Part shown: positions 53,618 to 64,000 of the stretch, piece by piece | Numbering within the stretch: the stretch's first letter is position 1 | How the letters are laid out: each line of letters opens with the position of its first letter | Source: Octopus sinensis | Taxonomy: Eukaryota | Length of the DNA: 64,000 bases | Direction of reading: 5' to 3' | Assembly (NCBI RefSeq): GCF_006345805.1 | Contig: NC_042998.1 | Coordinates: 157,170,001-157,234,000 of the forward strand | Program-made: the position numbers and the translations under genes | The notes under the pieces: model-generated | Database searches by the model: none | Told to the model about the DNA's origin: nothing | Seen by the model: the letters and a program-made list of their open reading frames with translations, nothing else

Positions 53618-54053
53618 AATTTCTTTGGCAAACTAGATTCTTTCCAGATTGAGCAGCTGTCTTTCTGACTTTGGAACCCACACATTTGAATTATTCCACA
53701 ACTACTTTTAATATGGCTTCTGCGGTCAAATGGGAACTAACTCTAATTTTCTTTCCCTTAAAATTTTTTTTCCGTTATTATTTGCCCTTCCCATTATTGC
53801 ATCAACCTTCTCGGTTTTTTTCTCATGATTTCTCATGTACCAGAGTCCTGATTGTCACATAGAACATACCATATGCTCAGAGCCCGAAGATTGCTTGGAG
53901 ACACAAGGCGTGATATGAAAACCTGCCTAGACACGTGTCTTCACAGCAAGAAACTATTAGTAGCTTGTATCGTTATACTGTGTACATTTTTCCCTTTATT
54001 TTACCTTGCCGGAACAGTATATATTTTTTATATTTTATTTTATTTGCCGGAAC

Positions 54054-54133
<80 letters not shown>

Positions 54134-54344
54134 AGAAAATGGAGGAACAAATTCATTTCGATCATCAACTTACGGATATTACAATTTCACATTATTTATT
54201 AATTATACAAATAGGAACATGAAAATCGAACAAAACAATATACATCAATATGCAAATTAATAATAAAATAATACAAATAAACTGCTCCTTACAGCCGTTT
54301 CAGCCTATGGTCAAGAGACAATCCAACTTAAATTGCCTAATAGG

Positions 54345-54663
54345 GTATATATTGGTGCTACTAAGAATAATCTGAAACAGCGACTTAATTATCATAGATA
54401 CACTTTTAAAAATAAGAATAGGATTAATTCTACAGGATTAAGTGCATATATTTGAGAGCTTAAGGACAAAATATCAATTATAATTTGCAATGGAAAATAC
54501 TTACATCTGCACCAGCGTATAATAATACGAATAGAAAATGCTCATTATGCATTAATGAAATTTTCTTTATAATTTTGGCTAATTTACCTATTATTAACAA
54601 TCTTAAGGAACGAAATATAACATGTCTTCATAGACTAGCGTATACTTTCTCTAGATACAAATA
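54345..54663 (+). pseudogene. GIY-YIG endonuclease C-terminal half of a second Neptune-type PLE
   Basis: YIGATKNNLKQRLNYHRYTFKN..STGLSAYI*ELKDK..WKILTSAPAY..CSLCINE..CLHR; followed by a long AT-rich 3' region to about 56950. Confidence 0.82.
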
Positions 54664-55284
54664 ATACTTAGTTCTAAATACCATTCAAAATAGACATAAA
54701 TAATTGTTAAAAGTTTATTTACTTTATTTATTTAAGAATACTAAATTGTAATGAGTTATGGGCATATTATTTTTGTATATCTATGTATAAGCGTATAATA
54801 TGTATAATATAAGTATTTGTATATGAATATTTGTGTATTTATATATTTTGATATAAGGGTTTTTTTTTCGGTGTGCATATTTGTATTTTTATACTGGTCT
54901 TTATTTTTATGTATATTGATATGTATTTACTTTGGGATTTCAGTATATTGTTATGTACATAGTATGAGTCAATGTACTAAACATATTGTGGTCACTTTTG
55001 GATTTGTATATGTGTGGATACATGCGTATATATATATATATATATATTTATTCATGTAAGTTTGTTTGTGTGCTTGCATGTGGTGGTCTTTAGCATTATT
55101 GTGTTTTTCTGTATGTATATATTTGTATATTTTATATACTGGTACTTGTTCGTAATTATACCTTTATATTTATGTATATTGATTCGTATTCAATTTTGTT
55201 TTTCAGTATATGGTTATACACTTAGTATGAGTCAATGTACTAAACATATTGTGGTCACTAATGGATTTGTATATGTGTGGATGC

Positions 55285-55362
<78 letters not shown>

Positions 55363-57001
55363 TATTTATTTTTTTATATATTCATGTTTGTCTATTTGCG
55401 TGCATGCATGTGATAGTTTTAAGTATTATTTTATGTTATCTTCTTGTATATTAGATATTATATATGGACTTCAGTACACATTTGTATAGGTGATGTTTGT
55501 ACTGGTCTGTAAGTATGTAGGAATGTATGTGTGTATATATCGATGTATGTATGTGTGTTTTTATATGTAAGTATATATATATATATATATAGGTGTATTC
55601 TATGGCTATGTATATGGGTGCATATTGACACATATGTTTTTGCATGTAGTAGGACTTTTACTAGCATTGGTATTTGTGTTTTTTCACATTTAACTATGCT
55701 GTATAATTGTTTACATGTGTGTATATTAGTATATACTCCTTAGATGCTTGCATTGGTTTGTGCATTTTCTATGTATATATACCCCTTTCGTTAATACTAA
55801 TCGGATTGAACTTCTAATGTTTGCTTTTTGTATCTATATATCCTTGTTTAATTGTAGGCATACCTATTGGGGTTAATTTTTGCAGGGATCCATATATTTA
55901 TCGAGGCAGAAATGTGCATGTATGAATATACGCGTTTGGATTAGCGTGCTTGTAGGAATAAGTATGCATTGTATATGTATAGCTGGTTTTGTTTATGTGA
56001 TGCATAAATAATGTAAGGCTGTGTTGTCCATCGAATGATTTTGGGTTTAAATTTACTTATATGTGCATGTATGTATAAATGCAAGTCGTGGGTGGAAAAT
56101 AATTCGGTGGACTTTGTTGTTTATTTACGTATTGCATAATGATATGTAAGCTTGCGTTTTAAATCGTTTACTTTTTGGGTGTTAATATACCTTGATGTGT
56201 ATGTATGTATAAATGTAATTCGTATGTGTTAGATAATAGATATATAATAATTTGTTTTGCTTACTTAACACGTAACCATACGACCGTATGTAAGTTTGCG
56301 TTATCAATCGTTTGATTATTTGGCTTTAGTATACTTTGATGTGTATGTATGTATGAATGCATTTCCGTTTACGTAAAATAAGATAATAGATATAATTATT
56401 ATTTTTTTATTTTGGTTACTTTTTATTCAACATTTTATTCAATTTTGATAAACTATTATGATCTGTTTAATTAACTTTCTGACCCCATATTGTTTTGAAG
56501 CAGGCCTAACGGATGCGTTTAAATGATTTAGCCAATTGGAAATAGATCAAGAGTTTACGTGACCGCTCCCTGAATCTTAATATATTTTAAATATTTAATA
56601 TGCATAGGTTAAATAGCCAATATCTTAAATGACTGCTCCCTAACCCCCAGTACAAATTTAAATATCTTTATATATTTAATATCCATACTTTAACGCAAAC
56701 CTCGGACTAAATTTAACTTGGACATGGAGTTTAAGTTACTACTATGTTTTTTATAATTAAATTTATTTGATTACGCGGATGTATTAACTTTAATATCCAT
56801 ATAACAGGAATGTAAACACTGTGAAATCTAATATGCATATAACGGGGACTTATATTTTGTGGAACTAACCTTGCCTGGACTTGTATTTCGGACTGAATAT
56901 TTTGGATACTAGAATTTAGCCTATTCGTGTTAGCGGATGCGTTAAGTATTATTCAGATTATGTTTGTATAATATATTCATACGCAAATATCTTGTTTGTG
57001 C

Positions 57002-57086
<85 letters not shown>

Positions 57087-57474
57087 CAAGTGTGAACATT
57101 TATACTTGATACCTTGCTTCATGAATTTGGTTACGTTGTTTAGTATTACCGTTAAAACAACATTACTGTTGGTTTTGTTAAAAGTGGTAGTATATTACGT
57201 TAGAATGCATTTACTGAACTATACGAAGCATAATAATCCAATGTAATGTGATATACTGTTCAATGTTGTTCTTTATGTTTTTTGCACATGTGATTAATAT
57301 GTACGATTTGCCTATGTGTGTATATGTATGTATATTTGTATATTTTATATGTATATATGTGTTTATGTATATATATATATATATATATATATAATAATAA
57401 ATATTAGGGAATAAATCCAAATTTACAGAGAAAAAATCAGATTTAGGATTAAATCCAATTTTATAGTAAAATAT

Positions 57475-57773
57475 TATATAATATTAATTCGAGACAAAAC
57501 CACTATTTTGCAAAACAAACAAGGAAAGACTTAATCAATACATAAAAATTTTTAATATAAAGAAATAAACCGCCACTACAATCGTTTCATGTCTTCAATG
57601 ACATTCGTCAGGTGGATTTTCGATCTCCTAATCCACCTGACGAATGTCATTGAAGACATGAAACGATTGTAGTGGCGGTTTATTTCTTTATATTAAAAAA
57701 TTTTATGTATTGATTAAGTCTTTCCTTGTTTGTTTTGCAAAATAGTGGTTTTGTCTCGAATTAATATTATATA
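57475..57773. repeat. Near-perfect hairpin: 144-bp arms (57475-57618 / 57630-57773), 11-nt loop
   Basis: The arms are reverse complements, with one mismatch seen. Confidence 0.95.
57633..57675 (+). ncRNA. Minimal type I hammerhead ribozyme (mirror copy on the minus strand at 57573-57615)
   Basis: CCAC-CUGACGA-AUGUC auugaa GACAU-GAAAC GAUU GUA-GUGG. Canonical core; predicted cleavage after 57671. Confidence 0.78.
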
Positions 57774-57901
57774 TATATATAAATTTATATATGAGGATAA
57801 TATCGATATTTAAGTGTCGAAATTATCAAGTGGCCAGCATGAAAGAAATATCTTACAAAGGTAAAAAAAATTTTAACAATTAAAAATGAGGGTGTCTAAA
57901 A

Positions 57902-58622
57902 GACACCAACATGCCGAAATAGCAGTCGAAACTCTGACTATAAAACCACGTTAAGTGTTCATATCGCACCATGAGGTAAAGCGGAGGGACAAAACATACA
58001 AGCAAAAATTATTGAATAATTCAAGATCCAAGGATTTCTGGTTCTGCTTTAGATAAGCTTTACCGTCATCAATTGAATATATCAAGGGTACATAAATACA
58101 GATATATATATGCACAGCAAACGATATACTTACATATACGAGCGTCGTACATACATACATATGCACGTATGGACACAGCCAGTCTGAATCGCCCGCCAAA
58201 TCACCGCATAAGTACGATATGGTTAAAATAAGCACCGCAGTGAATATAATAACGAATTATATAAATTTATATATGAGGATAATATCGATATTTAAGTGTC
58301 GGAATTATCAAGTGGCCAGCATGAAAGAAATACCTTTCAGACTGGCTGTGTTCATACGTGCATATGTATGTATGTACGACGCTCGTATATGTAAGTATAT
58401 CGTTTGCTGTGCATATATATATCTGTATTTATGTACCCTTGATATATTCAATTGATGACGGTAAAGCTTATCTAAAGCAGAACCAGAAATCCTTGGATCT
58501 TGAATTATTCAATAATTTTTGCTTGTATGTTTTGTCCCTCCGCTTTACCTCATGGTGCGATATGAACACTTAACGTGGTTTTATAGTCAGAGTTTCGACT
58601 GCTATTTCGGCATGTTGGTGTC
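57902..58622. repeat. Inverted duplication, 287-bp arms (57902-58188 / 58336-58622)
   Basis: ORFs 57951-58235(-) and 58358-58573(+) give the same peptide; one mismatch seen. The spacer contains a ~75-bp direct copy of 57776-57850. Confidence 0.93.
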
Positions 58623-58634
58623 AGGAATGAAATT

Positions 58635-59798
58635 ATGGACGTCAGGAATGAAATTGTCGAAAAGTGCCTGTCCCCGGTGTGGGACAAAATTCGCCATGTC
58701 GTCCGAGGTGCGCGTAGTGCTACTGTTGAGGCACATTTTGACTCAGCTGAGGTAGCTAGAGAGGTATCATCGTTGACCCTGAAAAACGATGACATCATGC
58801 TGCTACCCTCGTACATGGGAAAACGAACAGCGAAACTGCTGGTTGAGGACATACCGAGAGGGTATGAGATAATGTGGGTAGCAGCGGCGGTCCTGCACAA
58901 TATTGAGCGGGAAATCTCGATTCTGCAGATGAGAAAGAAAGAGGAGGTACGCTGGAAGGGACAGACGCTGGAACTCCTCGTGCAGGCGGAAAACAAAATA
59001 TTGGAGAACCTGCCCGATAGGATATTCAACGAAGACGGAACATCAATGAGAGTATCAGTGGAGGGACGTAGACCCAGATGTTTTAAGTGTGGAGAGAAGG
59101 GTCACGTCCGCTCGAACTGCATAAAAAAGAAGAAAACAAATGAAGCTCCTCCTCAAAGTGTTCCCAACACTGAAGGGGAGAAGACAGAAAAGGATAATAA
59201 CAAGACGAAGACAAGTATTGAAACAGAAACGGATTGTACCGAACAAATGGACTACACTCAAGTCACACATAAAAGAAAAAAAGACAACACCCCGGACTCC
59301 CCTCCCCAAACAAAAAAAAATCAGCAAGCACAGCAGACATACACACCAAGCAAATCCCCCAGCCCTACCCCCATGGCACTGTTTTCATTGGGAAACAGTT
59401 TGCCAAGCCCCTCCCCATAAAACAAGATGTGAAAAAGTCCTTAAAAAAAATGATAAGATCATTGCTTTCGATGAAAAAAACGAAAGAGTATATAAATACT
59501 ATAATTTTCAAAATTTAAGTTATATAGTAAGGCTACAGACATAAAATCAACCACTCGCTTCGCGAAAATAAAGGAAGACGAGTGGAAGGAAGAAGTTCTT
59601 CAAGAGCATCTAAAGAACAGACTGATTAGAGATGTGACTAAAGAAGTAATGGAGGGCAAACTTGTGATAACCCCGGCAACCACACCCACCCAGAGCCCGG
59701 TGGCAACGCCGGTCAAGAGCCCTGCAGCTACGACTACAAGGGAGGAAGAAGGGGAAGCGGGCAGATTTAAACTGTCATGCTCCCTTTCCCAACCGTGA
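58635..59798 (+). pseudogene. Tx1 ORF1 (gag-like, CCHC zinc knuckle), N-truncated with two apparent frameshifts
   Basis: CFKCGEKGHVRSNC knuckle in 58635-59420. Coding-like sequence continues in other frames (KVLKKNDKIIAFDEK; KIKEDEWKEEV..LSQP*) to TGA at 59796-59798. Confidence 0.8.
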
Positions 59799-59826
59799 GT
59801 TCATTTATTTTTCTCTCTCACCTACA

Positions 59827-62800
59827 ATGGCTAAGCTGGGTTGTATAAATGTACGTGGAATGGGGTCGAAATGGAAGCAAATTTGCTTCCTGCACGACCT
59901 CACGATACATGGAGTAGACATAGCTATTGCAACCGAGTCCAAGATGAACGGGGCCCAAGCGTTCTCGCCTCTTCTAAATGGGTTCGAGAAATTTATTTCT
60001 CCTAGCCGAGGAAGAGGCAGAGGCGTGGCAGTCCTTATCAGGAAGAGCTTGGACTTGCAGGTAAGTACTGTCTTTCTGGACCCAGAAGGCAGGCTGGTTG
60101 TTCTGGATGTGACCCACGTAAGTAAACAGTCCTTCAGGTTGGTAGCTGTCTACGCTCCGAACGAGAGTAGACAGACGGGTTTTTTTCGGAACCTGGAGCC
60201 CTTTTTAGCGACGTCGAAAACGGTAATCCTAGTAGGGGACTTTAACACTGTCCTTGAAGCGCGGGTCGACAGTGTTGGCTCAACCAATAGGAAGGGGAAC
60301 CCTAGCCTCAAGGGTCTACTAGAGAGCTTTGATCTAGTAGACCGTTACCGACTGGATGAGCCGAGCGTTCCACAGTGGACGTGGAGTAACAACGACGGCT
60401 CACGCAGATCGTATTTAGATAGGATATTTATTAAGAAAAGAGATAAGGACACGTTTAGTTGTCCACAGTTCCACATTGTGCCTTACACGGATCACAAATT
60501 TGTGACGTGTGGGATGCAATTGGACAAGTGTCATAGACAGGGACCCGGGTACTGGAAGCTGAACAAGGCTATTTTGAATTGTGAAGACTTCCGTACCCGG
60601 ATTAAGGTGTTAGTACAGAGGGCATTGTGTGGCACCATCATTAACAATAGATGGTGGCACTCCCTCAAAAGAGCCATTCGTTCAGAGTCCATCAGATTTA
60701 GCAATCAGCTAAGGTTAGATAGGTCTAGGATAGAGGACGATCTAGTTAAGAATCTAAACGAGGCAATGGAAGCTGGCTCTGCATCCGGAGTGTTGGCGGC
60801 AAGGACGGTATTGTACCGTCACCTTAACTCCAAACACGAAGGTTGCAGAGTCAGAGCTAAGCTACGCGCTGGGAAACGAGAAGGTATTAACGTTGCCGGA
60901 TGGGCCCGTCGAGTGGAGAGTCAGAGAGGCAACAAAGCCTCAATCAAATCTTTAACTGACGAACAGGGACAAAAGATCTATGGACAGGAGGAGATGCAAA
61001 AGTTTCTTCACCAGCATTTCGCCCGCGTGTTCGGGGGTGGTGTGGAGCCGGAGCGGGGGAGGACCTTAAAGGACTTCCTGGCCGGCGGACCGCGACTCTC
61101 GGGGCGTGAGGTGGAGTGCTGTGAAGAAGTGATCACTCCCGCGGAGATAGAGGGGATACTGGCCGGATGCGCCGGGGAGAAGTCGCCGGGGTTGGATGGT
61201 CTGCCCTACGAGTTTTACCAAAGTATGCCGGACTTGTTCGGGGGAATATTGGCAGGCGTCTACACGAACTGGCAGCAGAATGGGAGAATTCCCAGCTCTG
61301 TAAGCCGGGGAGTGGTGACGCTAATCCAGAAAGACCCGAGCAAGGGGGATAACATTAGTAACTACAGGCCCATAACTCTACTTAATGTAGAGTTAAAGAT
61401 TTTGGCCAAGGTGTTGGCAAAAAGGTTGACGGTTGTCGTGGAGAAACTTGTAGGGAGAGCACAGACATGTGCAATTCCAGGCAGGTCGATCCAGGACAAT
61501 CTTCACCTTATACGCTACACCTTAGACAGGGTGGGTAAATTAACCGGCAAGGGCGGGGTAATGGTCCATTTAGACCAAAGTAAAGCGTTCGATAGGGTAG
61601 ACCATGAGTACCTGGCGACGGTCCTCGAAGCGGCTGGGCTGGGCCCTGAATTTCGCGGGTGGATCTCCGCTATGTATAGCGGCATCAAGTCCACCGTCCA
61701 GATAAACGGTTACCTAACGGAACCGTTTTCGATTGAATGTTCAGTTCGTCAAGGGTGCCCCTTGTCACCACTTTTGTACGTGTTGGCTCTTGAGCCATTG
61801 CTGCGAAAGTTGGAGAGGCTGGGAAGCAACTCGGATGAGATCGGAGGTGGGAGGACGGTTACTACTTATGCGGATGACGTCACCCTCATCGTGTCCAATG
61901 AGGCCCAGCTACCTTGTGTGGAAGAGGCTATCAGAGGATACGAGGCGGTGGCAGGAGTGAAGGTTAACAATGACAAGTCGGTTGGCTTGCGCCTCGGCAC
62001 CTGGAGGAGCAAGTCGATATCGTCCAGCGTCGTGGGACACTGGACGGATGGCCCTGTTAAGTTGCTAGGAGTCTGGTTTGGGCCAGACTCCCAAACGGAG
62101 AGGAACTGGAGTGAGGTGACGAGCAAGGTGGAGGCCATAGTACGGACCTGGTCCAAGAGGTCTCTGTCCTTGAAAGGAAGGGCGGAGGTGGTACAGATGT
62201 TCATTGCATCTGTAATCACTTACCGCCTGACCGTTGTCCCTTGCCCCGGTTCATGGCTTAACAAGTTGGAGCGAATCCTTTTCCGCTTTTTGTGGAAGGG
62301 AGGAAAGCCACTTGTGAGGCGCTCCGTTTGCTGCCAGGAACCGTTAAAGGGTGGGTTAGGAATGCCTTGGCTGATGATGCGCAGACATGCGTTGAGGCTG
62401 AAGCATCTCTGGCACCACCTGGAGGGTAATAAGGTGTGGAGTCCGCTGGCAGGGAAATTTTTCCCGAGACTGGCCTCCTTAACGGATTTTAAACCCGGTT
62501 GCATCAAAAGATGGAAACTGACTTTATGGCAAAGGGAGTGCCGACAGGCACTCACGCTGATCCACAAGGCGGGCAAGGCCGGCTGCGGAAATACCACCTC
62601 GGTATTTTATAGAAAGCTGGTAGAGGCAAAGAACGACGACCTCCTAGGAGGGGCTCTGGGGTTTGACGAAGACCAGCTTACCAACCTGTTTAAAAAGACT
62701 TTCAGGACGGGGTACTTGGATAATTTCCAAAGATCCCTGGCCTGGCAGTGCTATAGGAATGCTCTACCTGTTCGCGAGAAGTTATCGCGGCACGGAATTC

Positions 62801-63216
62801 CAGTGCCACCGACGTGTCCAAGGTGCGAGTTGGACGATGAAACCGTCCAGCACGCTTTTGTACACTGTCGGAAGTTGTCAGACTTGATAAGTTACGCAGA
62901 ACACGTGTTATCGCATCTGGGACGAGTACAGCTGTCGACTGAGTCTATGATTAAGATGATACCGCCAACTGGACTCTCGAAGGAAGGTGAGGCATGTTTT
63001 CACTGCACGGTTGCAGTAGTAAAAGAATGCATGTGGAGAACAAGAATGGAAGGAGTCGCGATAGGATCCTTTGTCTCGGGCCCCGGCTTGCTCACTTACT
63101 TCAGATATCATCTGAAGAGCAAAATGGGGCTGGAAAAGAGGAACTTACCACGGGGTGTGTATGAGAAAAGATGGAAGGAAGTGGAAAAAAAGGTGGGTGT
63201 CAGAAACCCAGCTTAA
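59827..63216 (+). CDS. Tx1 ORF2 polyprotein, 1129 aa, uninterrupted (APE endonuclease, RT, CCHC)
   Basis: CINVRG, ATES, VYAPN, GDFN, SYLDRIF, TDH; KSPGLDG, YRPITLLN, DQSKAFD, QGCPLSPLLY, YADD; CPRC..H..C. Confidence 0.95.
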   Translation: MAKLGCINVRGMGSKWKQICFLHDLTIHGVDIAIATESKMNGAQAFSPLLNGFEKFISPSRGRGRGVAVLIRKSLDLQVSTVFLDPEGRLVVLDVTHVSKQSFRLVAVYAPNESRQTGFFRNLEPFLATSKTVILVGDFNTVLEARVDSVGSTNRKGNPSLKGLLESFDLVDRYRLDEPSVPQWTWSNNDGSRRSYLDRIFIKKRDKDTFSCPQFHIVPYTDHKFVTCGMQLDKCHRQGPGYWKLNKAILNCEDFRTRIKVLVQRALCGTIINNRWWHSLKRAIRSESIRFSNQLRLDRSRIEDDLVKNLNEAMEAGSASGVLAARTVLYRHLNSKHEGCRVRAKLRAGKREGINVAGWARRVESQRGNKASIKSLTDEQGQKIYGQEEMQKFLHQHFARVFGGGVEPERGRTLKDFLAGGPRLSGREVECCEEVITPAEIEGILAGCAGEKSPGLDGLPYEFYQSMPDLFGGILAGVYTNWQQNGRIPSSVSRGVVTLIQKDPSKGDNISNYRPITLLNVELKILAKVLAKRLTVVVEKLVGRAQTCAIPGRSIQDNLHLIRYTLDRVGKLTGKGGVMVHLDQSKAFDRVDHEYLATVLEAAGLGPEFRGWISAMYSGIKSTVQINGYLTEPFSIECSVRQGCPLSPLLYVLALEPLLRKLERLGSNSDEIGGGRTVTTYADDVTLIVSNEAQLPCVEEAIRGYEAVAGVKVNNDKSVGLRLGTWRSKSISSSVVGHWTDGPVKLLGVWFGPDSQTERNWSEVTSKVEAIVRTWSKRSLSLKGRAEVVQMFIASVITYRLTVVPCPGSWLNKLERILFRFLWKGGKPLVRRSVCCQEPLKGGLGMPWLMMRRHALRLKHLWHHLEGNKVWSPLAGKFFPRLASLTDFKPGCIKRWKLTLWQRECRQALTLIHKAGKAGCGNTTSVFYRKLVEAKNDDLLGGALGFDEDQLTNLFKKTFRTGYLDNFQRSLAWQCYRNALPVREKLSRHGIPVPPTCPRCELDDETVQHAFVHCRKLSDLISYAEHVLSHLGRVQLSTESMIKMIPPTGLSKEGEACFHCTVAVVKECMWRTRMEGVAIGSFVSGPGLLTYFRYHLKSKMGLEKRNLPRGVYEKRWKEVEKKVGVRNPA

Positions 63217-63692
63217 CTATGGAGGGAGGAGAGGAAACAAAAGCTGCGGGGCCTTAAAAATTGCCGGGGTTTGAAACTTCGGTAAAATCGAAAGGTTATC
63301 AACTGTGATAAGATTCTATTGGTCACGTAAAGGACAATTTATAGACGAATTTTTTTTTAATTCAAATGTTATGGAAAATTTTTAAATCGAACCTCTTAAT
63401 TATTTGTTTTGCATGTATGTTATGTATTTGTAATTCTATGTAAACGATTGTATAATCGTAATAAAGAAATTACTATCGAAAAGACTCGATTCTATTCTCT
63501 AGCTACTTTTCATCTGCGTTCTGAGGAATTAGCTGCCTTTAGTTGAGAGAGTTCGTATTTTTGCTTATTGTTGTTTGTGTTAATTGTTATTTGAACAGTG
63601 CCCGTTGTATAACGGTAATTTTCGCCCTACGGGGCAGAAAATTCTGTATTGTTATTACCTGTATTGTTATTACCTTCGAGGTAATTTTTGAA

Positions 63693-64000
63693 ATGGATTT
63701 CGACTTGACGTCGAAGGATGATTTTCCCGTGATGGGAACAAGTGAATTAAAGGAAACAGAAGTACCAAAACAGTCTTTTTCGGCCGCGGTGGGCGGTGCC
63801 ATGATGGACGTTGAGTTCAAGATCGAACAACTGTTCGAATTTAGGAACCTGGTGAAGGTGGAAGGAGGCGAAATCAGGCTTGTACCGCCGCAGGCAAAGG
63901 TACAAGAAATAAAGGAGAAAACAGTCATATATAAAGTGTATAGCTACAAAGAAAAGAAAATCATGGACGTAAGAAATGAAATGGTCGAAAAGTGCCTGTC
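63693..64000 (+). CDS. ORF1 N-terminus of the next Tx1 copy (runs off the window)
   Basis: Open frame MDFDLTSKDD..YKEKKIMDVRNEMVEKCL; the last 12 residues match the start of copy B's ORF1 remnant (MDVRNEIVEKCL). Confidence 0.88.
   Translation, partial: MDFDLTSKDDFPVMGTSELKETEVPKQSFSAAVGGAMMDVEFKIEQLFEFRNLVKVEGGEIRLVPPQAKVQEIKEKTVIYKVYSYKEKKIMDVRNEMVEKCL

Larger units (their letters stand above)
58620..63469 (+). mobile_element. Tx1-clade non-LTR retrotransposon, copy B (5'-truncated in ORF1, intact ORF2)
   Basis: ORF1 remnant, ORF2 59827-63216, a 3' UTR and AATAAA at 63460-63465. Confidence 0.93.

Noticed and set aside
53880-53940. Hammerhead-like CCGAAGA..GAAA, and a half motif GAAACGGCUGUA at about 54290-54305 (minus)
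   Set aside because: The core is mutated or half missing, and stems I and II do not close.
59400-59560. ORF1 frameshifts as programmed ribosomal frameshifting
   Set aside because: They fall near homopolymer runs; decay or sequencing indels are simpler explanations and cannot be excluded without reads.

Overview
Eukaryotic, AT-rich, gene-poor DNA made almost entirely of transposons and microsatellites. The SINE families resemble those I recall from Octopus genomes, so the taxon is an inference. I found no host protein-coding gene I can support. The window contains: two large Tx1-clade (L1-like) LINEs plus fragments; RTE LINEs; R4/Dong-type LINEs with a restriction-like endonuclease (RLE); Penelope-like elements (PLEs); a decayed pogo/Tigger transposase; Helitron/Helentron remnants; and many tRNA-derived SINEs. 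Highlights: (1) a Tx1 copy with an intact 1129-aa ORF2, followed head-to-tail by the 5' end of a second, slightly diverged copy; (2) a different Tx1 copy embedded in a (TATC)n tract; (3) three sequence-distinct minimal type I hammerhead ribozyme folds within about 7 kb of PLE-derived DNA, one paired with its own antisense in a 144-bp hairpin; (4) an RTE LINE ending in three C2H2 zinc fingers. All assignments come from reading the sequence by eye and coordinates are hand-counted.
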